Below, one piece after another: positions 48,647 to 57,185 of a DNA stretch of 64,000 nt. Each line of letters starts with the position of its first letter. The first letter of the stretch is position 1. A model generated the notes under the pieces. It worked only from the letters and a program-made list of their open reading frames with translations. It was not told the origin of the DNA and made no database searches. This DNA is from an uncultured Pelagibacteraceae bacterium. Its GTDB lineage: Bacteria > Pseudomonadota > Alphaproteobacteria > Pelagibacterales > AG-422-B15. A program made the position numbers and the translations under genes. Location: assembly GCA_902590345.1 (NCBI GenBank), contig CACIWK010000001.1, positions 142,010-206,009 of the forward strand, in the 5' to 3' direction.

Positions 48647-49386
48647 TTGTTTAATATCTTTCTAATTTCTTCTAAGTCATCCGGAGTATCAACTCCGAGA
48701 GGTAAAAAGTCAATTAAACCAATTTTTATTTTCATATTGTTATCAAGTGCTCTTAATTGCTCTAATTTTTCATTTTTTTCTCGATCAGTTTGAGACAAAG
48801 TGACAAATTTTTCTAGAGCATCTCTCTTAAAAGAGTAAATACCTATGTGATGAAAAAGATTATTAGAGTCGTAATCTCCTTGTTCTCTTGCAAAATCCTC
48901 TGCATAAGATTCAGTTTCACTACCAGATAAATTACAGACTGCTTTTACAAATTGTTCTTTCTTTAGATCTTCCTCTCTTTCAAACTGGGTGACCAGTGTG
49001 CCTATTTCATCTTCTTCTGATGATAATAAATTTAAAACTTTCTCTAAAGCCATCGAGTTAATTGTTGGCAAGTCGCCTTGCAAGTTAATGATGTAATGAA
49101 TCATTTTTCCTGGATCAATTACTTGAAGCGCTTCGTACATGCGATCGGTACCTGTCTGATGATTAGTAGAAGTTATGCATACATCGCCTCCAAGACTTTC
49201 AATACACTTGGCGATTTCATCACTATCTGTAGCAACCACTACTCGACCCAAATCAGAAGCTATGGCTGACTCCCAAACATGTTGGATCATTGGTTTGCCA
49301 GCAATGTCGAGCAAAGGCTTATTTGGTAGCCTGCTCGCTTGTAATCTGACCGGGATAATTATCGCTGTGTTTTCTTGGCTTATCAT
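48643..49386 (-). CDS. kdsB: 3-deoxy-manno-octulosonate cytidylyltransferase
   Basis: IIPVRLQASRLPNKPL N-terminus and LQGDLP. Confidence 0.85.
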   Translation of the reverse strand: MISQENTAIIIPVRLQASRLPNKPLLDIAGKPMIQHVWESAIASDLGRVVVATDSDEIAKCIESLGGDVCITSTNHQTGTDRMYEALQVIDPGKMIHYIINLQGDLPTINSMALEKVLNLLSSEEDEIGTLVTQFEREEDLKKEQFVKAVCNLSGSETESYAEDFAREQGDYDSNNLFHHIGIYSFKRDALEKFVTLSQTDREKNEKLEQLRALDNNMKIKIGLIDFLPLGVDTPDDLEEIRKILNK

Positions 49387-49474
49387 AAATAAATTATGCG
49401 ACTAGAAGACGCATAAAAACTTGATTAAATTCGGTTATTGTTTAAATAATTATCTAATTACGTCAAGAGACATC

Positions 49475-50029
49475 ATGGATTCATTTGAAATCAATAAAAT
49501 TGTAGCCTGTGTATTAGTTGTGGCCCTTGTATTTATCGGTTTAGCAAATTTCAGTGAGATTTTATATCATGTTGAAAAACCCGAGGTAGCAGCCTATCAA
49601 GTTGAAGGTGCTGAAGATATGGTGGTGTCTGCATCAGCAGCAATGGCAGATGACACTGCTACAGCGGAACCTGAAATACCAATACAGACTCTGCTTGCAT
49701 CAGCGGATATAGAAAAAGGTGCAAAGGTCTTTAAGAAATGTTCACAGTGTCATGTTGTGGAAAAAGGCGGAGCAAATAAAATTGGGCCAGCGCTCTGGGA
49801 TATTGTAAATAAAGATATTGGTTCAAAAGAGGATTATAAATACTCAAACGCAATGGCGGCCTATGGTGGCAACTGGACATACGAACAACTTAACGGATAT
49901 CTTTTAAATCCAAAAAAATATATTGAAGGTACAAAAATGTCTTTTGTAGGTCTAAAAAAAGAAAAAGATAGAGCGAACGTCATACTTTATTTAAGAAGTT
50001 TCAGCGATAATCCTGCACCCATTGAATAA
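49475..50029 (+). CDS. membrane-anchored class I cytochrome c
   Basis: N-terminal TM helix, CSQCH haem site, distal MSF(V)GLKK Met region. Start taken at the ATG at 49475 rather than the TTG at 49421. Confidence 0.8.
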   Translation: MDSFEINKIVACVLVVALVFIGLANFSEILYHVEKPEVAAYQVEGAEDMVVSASAAMADDTATAEPEIPIQTLLASADIEKGAKVFKKCSQCHVVEKGGANKIGPALWDIVNKDIGSKEDYKYSNAMAAYGGNWTYEQLNGYLLNPKKYIEGTKMSFVGLKKEKDRANVILYLRSFSDNPAPIE

Positions 50030-50092
50030 GTTCAAATAATCTTCAATTTATTGATTGACGTTAGTTAGCACTATTACCTATTCTAATATTTA

Positions 50093-51424
50093 ATGACGAG
50101 AGAAAATGTAGGATTATCAATTTATTTTGATAATAGAATGCTGCGCATCTTGCTGCTTGGAGCAATTAGTGGTTTTCCTTGGGTGATAATTGGAAGTGCT
50201 CTTTCACTTTGGCTTAAAGACTATGAATTATCAAGAAGTACAATTGGATGGGCGGGTCTTATTTTTAGTGTATATGCAATTAACTTTATTTGGGCGCCAA
50301 TTATTGACCGTGTAAAAATTCCTTTCTTGACACAAAAAATTGGCCACAGAAAATCGTGGATCATTTCTTTACAAGCAATAATACTGGTATGTCTATTTAT
50401 TTGGACAACTCTCAATCCTGTTACAAATTTAGAACTAATTATTTTAATTGGATTATTGATAGCTATTTCCTCGGCATCTCAAGATATAACAATTGATGCT
50501 TTAAGAATTGAGCAAATAGGTGAGAATGAAAAAGCATCAATGGCAGCTGGCGCATCAATAGCTGTGGTTGGTTGGTGGACGGGTTATAAAATAGGTGGAA
50601 TGCTCACACTTTTTGTTGCTGATTATTTTGAACAGCAAGGCTTAGCTAATTATTGGCAATTAACTTTTCTGTTCATTTGCCTAATCATTTTTCTTTTTAA
50701 TATCGGACTTTTATTTATTCCAGAAGATCTATCGAATAAAAGGCATGTTGCTCAAAAGAGTGATCAAGATCGTTTAAAGTTAAATAAATTTTCAGCCTGG
50801 TTTGTAAGTACTATCGTAAGTCCACTAATTAGTTTCTTCAAAAAAAATGGTTTAACCATCAGTCTGTTGATTATCGGGTTCATATTTTTATTTAAAATTG
50901 GTGAGGCATTTTTGGGACGTATGTCCATAATATTTTACGATGAAATGGGATTTTCAAAATCGGATATTGCAATTTACTCAAAAGGACTTGGATGGATAAC
51001 AACAATTGTATTTACATTATTGGGTGGTTGGTTTTCCATAAAATCAGGTGTTGTTAGAGCGCTATTCATTTCAGGAATTGCAATGGCGATTACAAACATA
51101 ATGTTTAGTGTAATGGCATGGTCTGAGAAATCAGTTTTACTCTTTGCTGCCGCGGTATTACTTGATGATTTGGCTGCAGCTTTTGCAACTGTGGCTTTTG
51201 TTACTTTTATTTCGCTACTTGTTGACCGAACATATACCGCAACTCAATATGCCCTTTTGGCATCGCTTGGAACAGCTGGAAGAACACTAATGGCATCATC
51301 ATCAGGATCATTAGTCGACTGGTTGCAGGGTGATTGGGGTATTTTCTTTATAATTACCGCTGTCATGGTAATTCCTTCATTGATTTTGCTCTGGTTTATT
51401 AGAAATAAATTTTCATTTAATTAA
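50093..51424 (+). CDS. ampG: AmpG family muropeptide MFS transporter
   Basis: LRILLLGAISGFPW N-terminus, WAPIIDR, and MFS topology typical of AmpG. Confidence 0.8.
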   Translation: MTRENVGLSIYFDNRMLRILLLGAISGFPWVIIGSALSLWLKDYELSRSTIGWAGLIFSVYAINFIWAPIIDRVKIPFLTQKIGHRKSWIISLQAIILVCLFIWTTLNPVTNLELIILIGLLIAISSASQDITIDALRIEQIGENEKASMAAGASIAVVGWWTGYKIGGMLTLFVADYFEQQGLANYWQLTFLFICLIIFLFNIGLLFIPEDLSNKRHVAQKSDQDRLKLNKFSAWFVSTIVSPLISFFKKNGLTISLLIIGFIFLFKIGEAFLGRMSIIFYDEMGFSKSDIAIYSKGLGWITTIVFTLLGGWFSIKSGVVRALFISGIAMAITNIMFSVMAWSEKSVLLFAAAVLLDDLAAAFATVAFVTFISLLVDRTYTATQYALLASLGTAGRTLMASSSGSLVDWLQGDWGIFFIITAVMVIPSLILLWFIRNKFSFN

Positions 51425-51425
51425 T

Positions 51426-52256
51426 TTATAATCTTCCAAGCTTTTTTATCTTACCATTTGATTTTAATATTCTTTTCTTCGCTGTACTTAGTGGCTCAAT
51501 CGCTGTTTTCATATGAAAAGCATTTGCATGAATGATATTCGAATTATCAATCATCATCGCAACGTGCCCTTTCCAAAATACTAGATCTCCCGCTTTGAGA
51601 TCTTTTTCATACTTGACTTCATTTGTTACGAATAGCTCTTGCATATCTGTATCCCTTGGAAAAGGCCTATTATTAATCTGATGAAGATTTTGGACTAGCC
51701 CTGAACAGTCTATGCCCATTGAATCTCTTCCGCCCCAAAGATACGGAGTATCTAGGTACTGCTTTGACAAATCTATATGATTGAATTTACTGCTTTTAAT
51801 CTTTACTAGATCTAGACTTGGGCACCAGCCCAAATTTTTAATTAAAGAATATTTTCCCCTAATTTTAATTACCTCAACTAATGAGTTGAAACTTAAGTAA
51901 CCTTTTGTAACACTTTTAATATCTGGTTTAGTGTAAATAACTGTTCTTAAGGAGATAACTTTTGAATTAGGTTTATAGATTTTTCTTGTTAAATTAATTG
52001 TAGGAGTATATCCAACATAATTATCTCTTCGAGACTGAATCCAAGACCATCCATTTTTGGTTTCAAAGACATCGCATTCTTCACCATACAATAGTTGGGT
52101 GCTTAATTTTGATCCTTTATTTGAATAAAGTGGAGTAAATGCACTTTTAACTGTAGCCAGCTTTGCCGTTACATATTTTTTTCTTTTTACAATAGCCTTG
52201 TATGCAGTTGATGCTAAATCTCTTCTTATTGGAGTAATTCTTGTGTCAAATATCAC
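51426..52256 (-). CDS. NlpC/P60 (C40) peptidase with SH3-like N-terminal domains
   Basis: Catalytic GIDCSGLV and GHVAMMID. Confidence 0.75.
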   Translation of the reverse strand: MIFDTRITPIRRDLASTAYKAIVKRKKYVTAKLATVKSAFTPLYSNKGSKLSTQLLYGEECDVFETKNGWSWIQSRRDNYVGYTPTINLTRKIYKPNSKVISLRTVIYTKPDIKSVTKGYLSFNSLVEVIKIRGKYSLIKNLGWCPSLDLVKIKSSKFNHIDLSKQYLDTPYLWGGRDSMGIDCSGLVQNLHQINNRPFPRDTDMQELFVTNEVKYEKDLKAGDLVFWKGHVAMMIDNSNIIHANAFHMKTAIEPLSTAKKRILKSNGKIKKLGRL

Positions 52257-52265
52257 TTCTATTGA

Positions 52266-52586
52266 CTAAAGGGCAAGACCGAGATAGAGAAAAACAATTA
52301 TTAAAATACCAATACCGCCAAAGATCATGGTCGCCCTAATCGTGACATCTAACTCCCTAGCTGCAAATAGGTGATAGATTAATGAGCCGATTAGAGGAAT
52401 GAACATGACGACAAATGTCCAAATTACTTTTCCAGTCGTTCCTCTGTATTTTGAAAGAAATAAATCAAATAATGCAGTAGACGTCCATGTCGCATATAAA
52501 AATATGGGAAGATAGTAGCCATAAAAGTTAAAAAATAATGATAAAAACGGTACATCATTTAATGGAAAAAAAGTAACACCTGGCAT
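52266..52586 (-). CDS. small membrane protein with PLD-nuclease-N-terminal (PLDc_N)-like motif
   Basis: ALFDLFLSKYRGTTGKVIWTFVVMFIPLIGSLIYHLFA. Confidence 0.45.
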   Translation of the reverse strand: MPGVTFFPLNDVPFLSLFFNFYGYYLPIFLYATWTSTALFDLFLSKYRGTTGKVIWTFVVMFIPLIGSLIYHLFAARELDVTIRATMIFGGIGILIIVFLYLGLAL

Positions 52587-52623
52587 CTAAAATCTCCTAT
52601 AAATAGGTTAAACAATTAAACTA

Positions 52624-54285
52624 TTAGTTCAAATAGTTTCTTGCTTCTTCTGGTAATTCAATATCATTCAGCTCATCTTCGAATTGTTGAAAAACCTCAA
52701 CAGCTGGCTTTACAGACTTTCTGATCATATAGGTAGGTAAATTTTTCTTATCATATCCTTGATTTAACAACTTTTCCATAATTGGCATATTTGGTTGATT
52801 TTCAGGTTTAGGAAAAGATCTCCAGTCACCTTGTTGATATCCGCCATCACTCGCATGAATAATTCTTGCAAGCGACGACCACATACCTGATAGATCTGAA
52901 CTTAATGGAATATACCCTGCGTCACAATTATTTAAAGATTGTAAACCTGGCGGTATAGATGTATTAAAATAGTTTCCTTTAAAACAATTACCAAGATTGG
53001 ATACACCACTAATTGCCATGTCTGCCCTGTTAGATGATAAAATTAGATTATCTTCAACTCTGTTTCCATGGGCTGGCCAATAATTCACATCAGCTGCTGC
53101 GGTAAGAATAACACCGTATAGATCATGATTAGCAATTACATTATTTTTGATTATGTTATTGTTGCCGCCAGCAATGATAACGCCGTTGCCAAAAGATAAG
53201 TAAGTTGATTTTGTAGCAGGAGCATCATTATTGTTGTTATTTTCAATTAAGTTCCCAATAATAAATGTCTCTCTTTCAGGGGGTAGTAATTCAGAATCTA
53301 ATGTGTTAGGCGCTAGTCCTCCTTTGTTATTCCTAAATACTGAACTAATAATGTATAGGGAGCCTCCTGAATTCGTTCCGGAATAACCTAATCCATTATT
53401 TTCTGAAATAACATTATTTACAATTGCATCACAAGGATAGCATTGCCCAATATAAAAGCCTGCGTCAGGAGAACCTGATGCATAAGAATGTTCTAACACA
53501 CCATCAACTGCATCAAATGCATAAACACCATAGTCGCCATTATTGTAAGCTGTTAAATATGATCCCCTGTAACCCTTAACTGTTGCCCAGTAAAAACCAT
53601 TGAGCAATGCGTTACGTGCAGTAATGTTTTCAATCACAACGCCATCGACACCTGCAACAAGAACACCGTTGCCTCTTTCAAATTCACCATCAATAATTGT
53701 ATTATTTCTATCCCAGCCACGTATTGTTATTGATGGAACATTCACAACAACTTCTTCGTAGTAAACCCCGGGTTTAATAAGAACTAAGTCCCCAGGATTT
53801 GATGCATTAACTGCATCTTGAATTGTTTCATAATCATTCGGTACATTTCTTACGGATCCAGAGAAAGATGAAACTACATCCATTTTTGAAAAGTTTGTAT
53901 AGTCTTCATAATTAATATCACCAACAACAACAGATCCTACCATTCCCCATTCGCCATCAGGTGATGCATGGAATGAGCATAGGTATTTGTATAAGCCTTC
54001 AGCTTCATATGTAATATCTAGGTAATCACCTTTTGGTATTTCTTCATATGAGCCCCAGGTTTCATCAACTGCAATTACATTATGTGGATTATTGCCCCAA
54101 TTATTAAATCTAACCTTGCCTCCCTCGTTTATTCTGACTACTGGAGGAGAGTAAGAATTATCTATTACACGTACTCCAGTGAAAGCGGCCGATTGATTTG
54201 GGTCATTGTCACACGATGTAAAAAAAATCAACGATGACAAAAAGAAAAGTATAACTATGAAACTTTTTTTTATATTGAACATCAC
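52624..54285 (-). CDS. lipoprotein fusing an N-terminal cupredoxin domain to a right-handed parallel beta-helix (NosD-like) domain
   Basis: Lipobox FFTSC. Type-1 copper ligand pattern: PHNVIAV ... YLCSFHASPDGEWGM. Then ETIQDAVNASNPGDLVLIKPGVYYEEVVV, followed by repeated G-x-x-(I/V)-x-N beta-helix turns. Confidence 0.65.
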   Translation of the reverse strand: MMFNIKKSFIVILFFLSSLIFFTSCDNDPNQSAAFTGVRVIDNSYSPPVVRINEGGKVRFNNWGNNPHNVIAVDETWGSYEEIPKGDYLDITYEAEGLYKYLCSFHASPDGEWGMVGSVVVGDINYEDYTNFSKMDVVSSFSGSVRNVPNDYETIQDAVNASNPGDLVLIKPGVYYEEVVVNVPSITIRGWDRNNTIIDGEFERGNGVLVAGVDGVVIENITARNALLNGFYWATVKGYRGSYLTAYNNGDYGVYAFDAVDGVLEHSYASGSPDAGFYIGQCYPCDAIVNNVISENNGLGYSGTNSGGSLYIISSVFRNNKGGLAPNTLDSELLPPERETFIIGNLIENNNNNDAPATKSTYLSFGNGVIIAGGNNNIIKNNVIANHDLYGVILTAAADVNYWPAHGNRVEDNLILSSNRADMAISGVSNLGNCFKGNYFNTSIPPGLQSLNNCDAGYIPLSSDLSGMWSSLARIIHASDGGYQQGDWRSFPKPENQPNMPIMEKLLNQGYDKKNLPTYMIRKSVKPAVEVFQQFEDELNDIELPEEARNYLN

Positions 54286-54287
54286 TA

Positions 54288-54506
54288 TTAAAATCCTACT
54301 AACAATCTTCTTGCAAGACCTATAATTGGTGCAAGGAAACCAAGATTACCTTTAGTCAGCATAAAGACTATTGCAATTATAATAGCAGCAAAAATAATTA
54401 TTTTAATAACACGAGATAATTTTCCTGGTTCAGTATTAACTAAAGCTCGTATAATGAAATATAATGTAGCAGCACCTAAGACAAAAAAGACTAATATTTT
54501 AATCAT
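54288..54506 (-). CDS. 72-aa membrane protein of unknown function (two to three hydrophobic segments)
   Basis: Hydrophobic segments. It ends 2 nt before the lipoprotein start, which suggests translational coupling. Confidence 0.4.
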   Translation of the reverse strand: MIKILVFFVLGAATLYFIIRALVNTEPGKLSRVIKIIIFAAIIIAIVFMLTKGNLGFLAPIIGLARRLLVGF

Positions 54507-54556
54507 GACATATTCAAATACAAAAGACTAGATTGACTTAAGAAATAAATCAACTG

Positions 54557-55159
54557 CTATAGGTTATTTTCAGCCTCGTATTTTTCTATTGCTTTAGAAA
54601 GTTCTTTCTTTTCATAGCAATTGAAATTGCAAAGTTCTGTTAAAATCGCGAGATTTTCTAATGCTTTACTGTATCTATCAGTTTGTAGAAATAATTCTCC
54701 TTGATAAGCAAGAATTCCCTCGTGTTTAGAGTCAATTTCTAATCCGGTACTATAGTAAATTTCAGCATCTTCAAATTTACCCAACTTACGACTGGTAAAC
54801 CCAATTAAATTCCATCCACTCGCATTTAAGGGATTTTCATATACATAAGTTTCTAAATCTTTTAGAGCTCCCTCGAGGTTGGCTTTCTTTTCAATTTCAA
54901 ATTCAATTCTTCTAAGCTCGTCATCATAGCCAGTTGAATTTTTATACATTCCACTACCGCCACCAGCAGACGAACCACTTCCAGAGCTACTACTGCCGCT
55001 AGAGCCGCCACTACCACCACTGCCGCCAGAGCCGCTACTACCGCCACTGCCGCTACTACCGCCACTGCCGCTACTACCACCACTGCCGCCAGAGCCGGCT
55101 GCAAAAGCAGAAAATCCAAGAAATAGACTTAAAATTATAACAAAAAATATTTTTTTCAT
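54557..55159 (-). CDS. secreted TPR-repeat protein with a roughly 50-residue Gly/Ser linker
   Basis: Signal peptide MKKIFFVIILSLFLGFSAFA, then (GSGGSS)n, then TPR-like helices (ASGWNLIGFTSRKLGKFEDAEIYYSTGLEID...). Start taken at the ATG at 55159. Confidence 0.6.
   Translation of the reverse strand: MKKIFFVIILSLFLGFSAFAAGSGGSGGSSGSGGSSGSGGSSGSGGSGGSGGSSGSSSSGSGSSAGGGSGMYKNSTGYDDELRRIEFEIEKKANLEGALKDLETYVYENPLNASGWNLIGFTSRKLGKFEDAEIYYSTGLEIDSKHEGILAYQGELFLQTDRYSKALENLAILTELCNFNCYEKKELSKAIEKYEAENNL
55031..55084. repeat. three tandem 18-bp units (gccgctactaccgccact; the third has one mismatch) inside a longer GC-rich imperfect repeat (about 54951-55100)
   Basis: Read directly. The units encode GSGGSS on the minus strand. 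Confidence 0.85.
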
Positions 55160-55179
55160 ACTTTCATCATTTAGTTCAG

Positions 55180-56028
55180 ATGATATATATTTCAATCATA
55201 AGTATGACTGAAACTCAAATTTACTCATTTGGTGTGCCAATTATCCTTGCATTAATAGCTAGTGAGGTAATTTATTCAAGTATTTATAAGCTTAACTACT
55301 ATACGCTAAAAGACTCTCTGGCTGGTCTGGGACTATTGGCAGGAAACTTTATTGTCGGTTTGCTCACAAAGGGCTCAATATTTCTTGCATATGTATATCT
55401 CTATCAATTCAGAATTATTACTATCGATGAGGTTTTACCTAGTTGGGTGGTATGGTTACTTACTTTCATAATCGTAGACTTTGTCTATTACTGGTATCAT
55501 AGATGCTCTCATAGAGTAAGGTTTTTTTGGGCTGTCCACATGAATCATCATTCAAGTGAAGAGATGAATTTTTCGGTTTCTCTCAGACAAGCTTGGTTTG
55601 GTGGGATTAATAAATTTCCTTTTTTCATGATCATTCCTCTAATTGGCTTTAATCCAATTATAACTGCAGTTGCTAGTTTGATATTGATGTTGTGGGGCGT
55701 AACCGGTCATACACAATGGATAAAGAAATTAGGGCCACTAGAATATATATTTGTAACTCCATCTCATCATAGAGTTCATCATGGTAGTAATGAGGAATAT
55801 ATAGACAAGAATTATGGAAATTTTCTTATAATTTGGGACCGTATGTTTGGAACATTTGAAGAAGAAAAGAATGACGTCGTATATGGCATAAGAGAAAATG
55901 TTAAAACATTTAACCCAGTTAAAATAACATTCCTTTTTTGGAAAAATATGATTACTGATTATAAAAAATCAAAAAATTTAAGAAATAAGTTTCTTAGTCT
56001 ATTTGGATCTCCTGAGTGGAAGCCATAA
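55180..56028 (+). CDS. fatty acid hydroxylase / sterol desaturase superfamily membrane protein
   Basis: Histidine boxes HRCSH, HMNHH, HHRVHH. Alternative start is the ATG at 55204. Confidence 0.8.
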   Translation: MIYISIISMTETQIYSFGVPIILALIASEVIYSSIYKLNYYTLKDSLAGLGLLAGNFIVGLLTKGSIFLAYVYLYQFRIITIDEVLPSWVVWLLTFIIVDFVYYWYHRCSHRVRFFWAVHMNHHSSEEMNFSVSLRQAWFGGINKFPFFMIIPLIGFNPIITAVASLILMLWGVTGHTQWIKKLGPLEYIFVTPSHHRVHHGSNEEYIDKNYGNFLIIWDRMFGTFEEEKNDVVYGIRENVKTFNPVKITFLFWKNMITDYKKSKNLRNKFLSLFGSPEWKP

Positions 56029-56035
56029 TTTTAAA

Positions 56036-56263
56036 TTATCTCGGATTATCACGAATATATTCTATAAATTGCTCTAGCTCAGGTATCTTATCATCTGAAA
56101 TATCGCTATAAGACATACCAAACCGACTCTTAATCTCTAAAGCAATATGAGCATAAGGGTTGCGACCTTTTGGATGTGATGGGTGTTCGGGTAGTTTTCC
56201 TTTTAGCTCGTCACCAGTTTTTTGTATTAGTTTCCATATTTTCTTTTTATTTTCTTCGTTCAT
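56036..56263 (-). CDS. hypothetical 75-aa soluble protein
   Basis: ORF only; I recognise no family. Divergent from the winged-helix gene at 56409. Confidence 0.35.
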   Translation of the reverse strand: MNEENKKKIWKLIQKTGDELKGKLPEHPSHPKGRNPYAHIALEIKSRFGMSYSDISDDKIPELEQFIEYIRDNPR

Positions 56264-56408
56264 TAATAAATGCTTTTTATTTAAATCAATAAAAACAGTA
56301 AGTTATTAATCTATATCTTATTATATGCCGCCAAACTGGCAAATAATTATTATTAATAATTATCCATACTATTTAATAATACAATTCAAACCTAAAAAGA
56401 GATTTATT

Positions 56409-56786
56409 ATGAAAACTGAAAAAATTTTTGAGCAAGTTATCAAACAAATTAAAGTTTTTGAAAGTGCGGGTGATAGGAGAGTTTTTAGCCGTCTTAGCCA
56501 TTTTCGTCGATCGGTTTATGGTATCAGAATATGTTACGAGATTATGAGACTTTATTTTGATTCTAACATCAACAAAATTGAGTGTACGAAAGAATATCTG
56601 ACGAAAAATATGTCAGACCTCGCATCTAGAGCAACTATTATAAATTTTATAAACGATGAGATTAGTAAAGGCTCACTTGTCACTCAAATAAGCTCTAAAG
56701 ATAAAAGAGTAAAAATTATCCAGCCATCAGGTGAACTCATTGATGAATTCACAATGTGGCTAGATATGATAGATAAAGCAGCTTAA
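56409..56786 (+). CDS. small winged-helix (MarR-like) DNA-binding protein, 125 aa
   Basis: SRATIINFINDEISKGSLVTQISSKDKRVKIIQPSGELIDEF parallels the protein at 133..489. Start taken at the ATG at 56409 (MKTEKIFEQ). Confidence 0.45.
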   Translation: MKTEKIFEQVIKQIKVFESAGDRRVFSRLSHFRRSVYGIRICYEIMRLYFDSNINKIECTKEYLTKNMSDLASRATIINFINDEISKGSLVTQISSKDKRVKIIQPSGELIDEFTMWLDMIDKAA

Positions 56787-56993
56787 TTATTCTGCAGCTT
56801 GTAGATTTACTGCTGAGACTTTTCCATCTTTTTCCTCAGCGTCGTATGATATTTTTTGGCCTTCATCCAATTTTTTCATACCAGCAGCTTGAACAGCTGT
56901 GATGTGTACAAAGATATCTTTATCACCTTCTTCAGGAGCAATAAATCCGTATCCTTTTTTTGGATTAAACCATTTAACAGTACCAGTAGCCAT
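56787..56993 (-). CDS. cspA: cold-shock protein (CspA family)
   Basis: RNP1/RNP2 motifs KGYGFI and DIFVH; 68 aa. Confidence 0.9.
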   Translation of the reverse strand: MATGTVKWFNPKKGYGFIAPEEGDKDIFVHITAVQAAGMKKLDEGQKISYDAEEKDGKVSAVNLQAAE

Positions 56994-57001
56994 AGTTGTT
57001 A

Positions 57002-57048
57002 TTCCTTTTTTATTTAATTTAGACTTCGTATTACTCCAAAAAAAGGAA
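57002..57048 (-). promoter_or_regulatory. 10-bp hairpin in the csp 5' leader whose 3' arm contains the Shine-Dalgarno sequence
   Basis: The mRNA reads UUCCUUUUUU, a 27-nt loop, AAAAAAGGAA, then UAACAACU-AUG. Confidence 0.3.
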
Positions 57049-57185
57049 CAAAAACGTAATCTTTAGACGGATCTTATAGCTATATATAGACTAAAAGTAA
57101 ATTGTTTTAATGATAATAATTGAATTAACTTTACGTTTAAATTTGCAAAATACTCATGTCTAAATAGATGGTATAACTTGATTTT

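Noticed and set aside
54951-55100. A GC-rich island as a sign of horizontally acquired DNA.
   Set aside because: The GC excess is confined to the Gly/Ser codon repeat inside one gene, and the flanks have the normal AT-rich composition.
54862-55119. An 85-aa Ala/Val-rich ORF overlapping the Gly/Ser repeat.
   Set aside because: It is an alternative-frame reading of the GC-rich repeat. The frame encoding a signal peptide, GS linker and TPR repeats is coherent, and this one is not.
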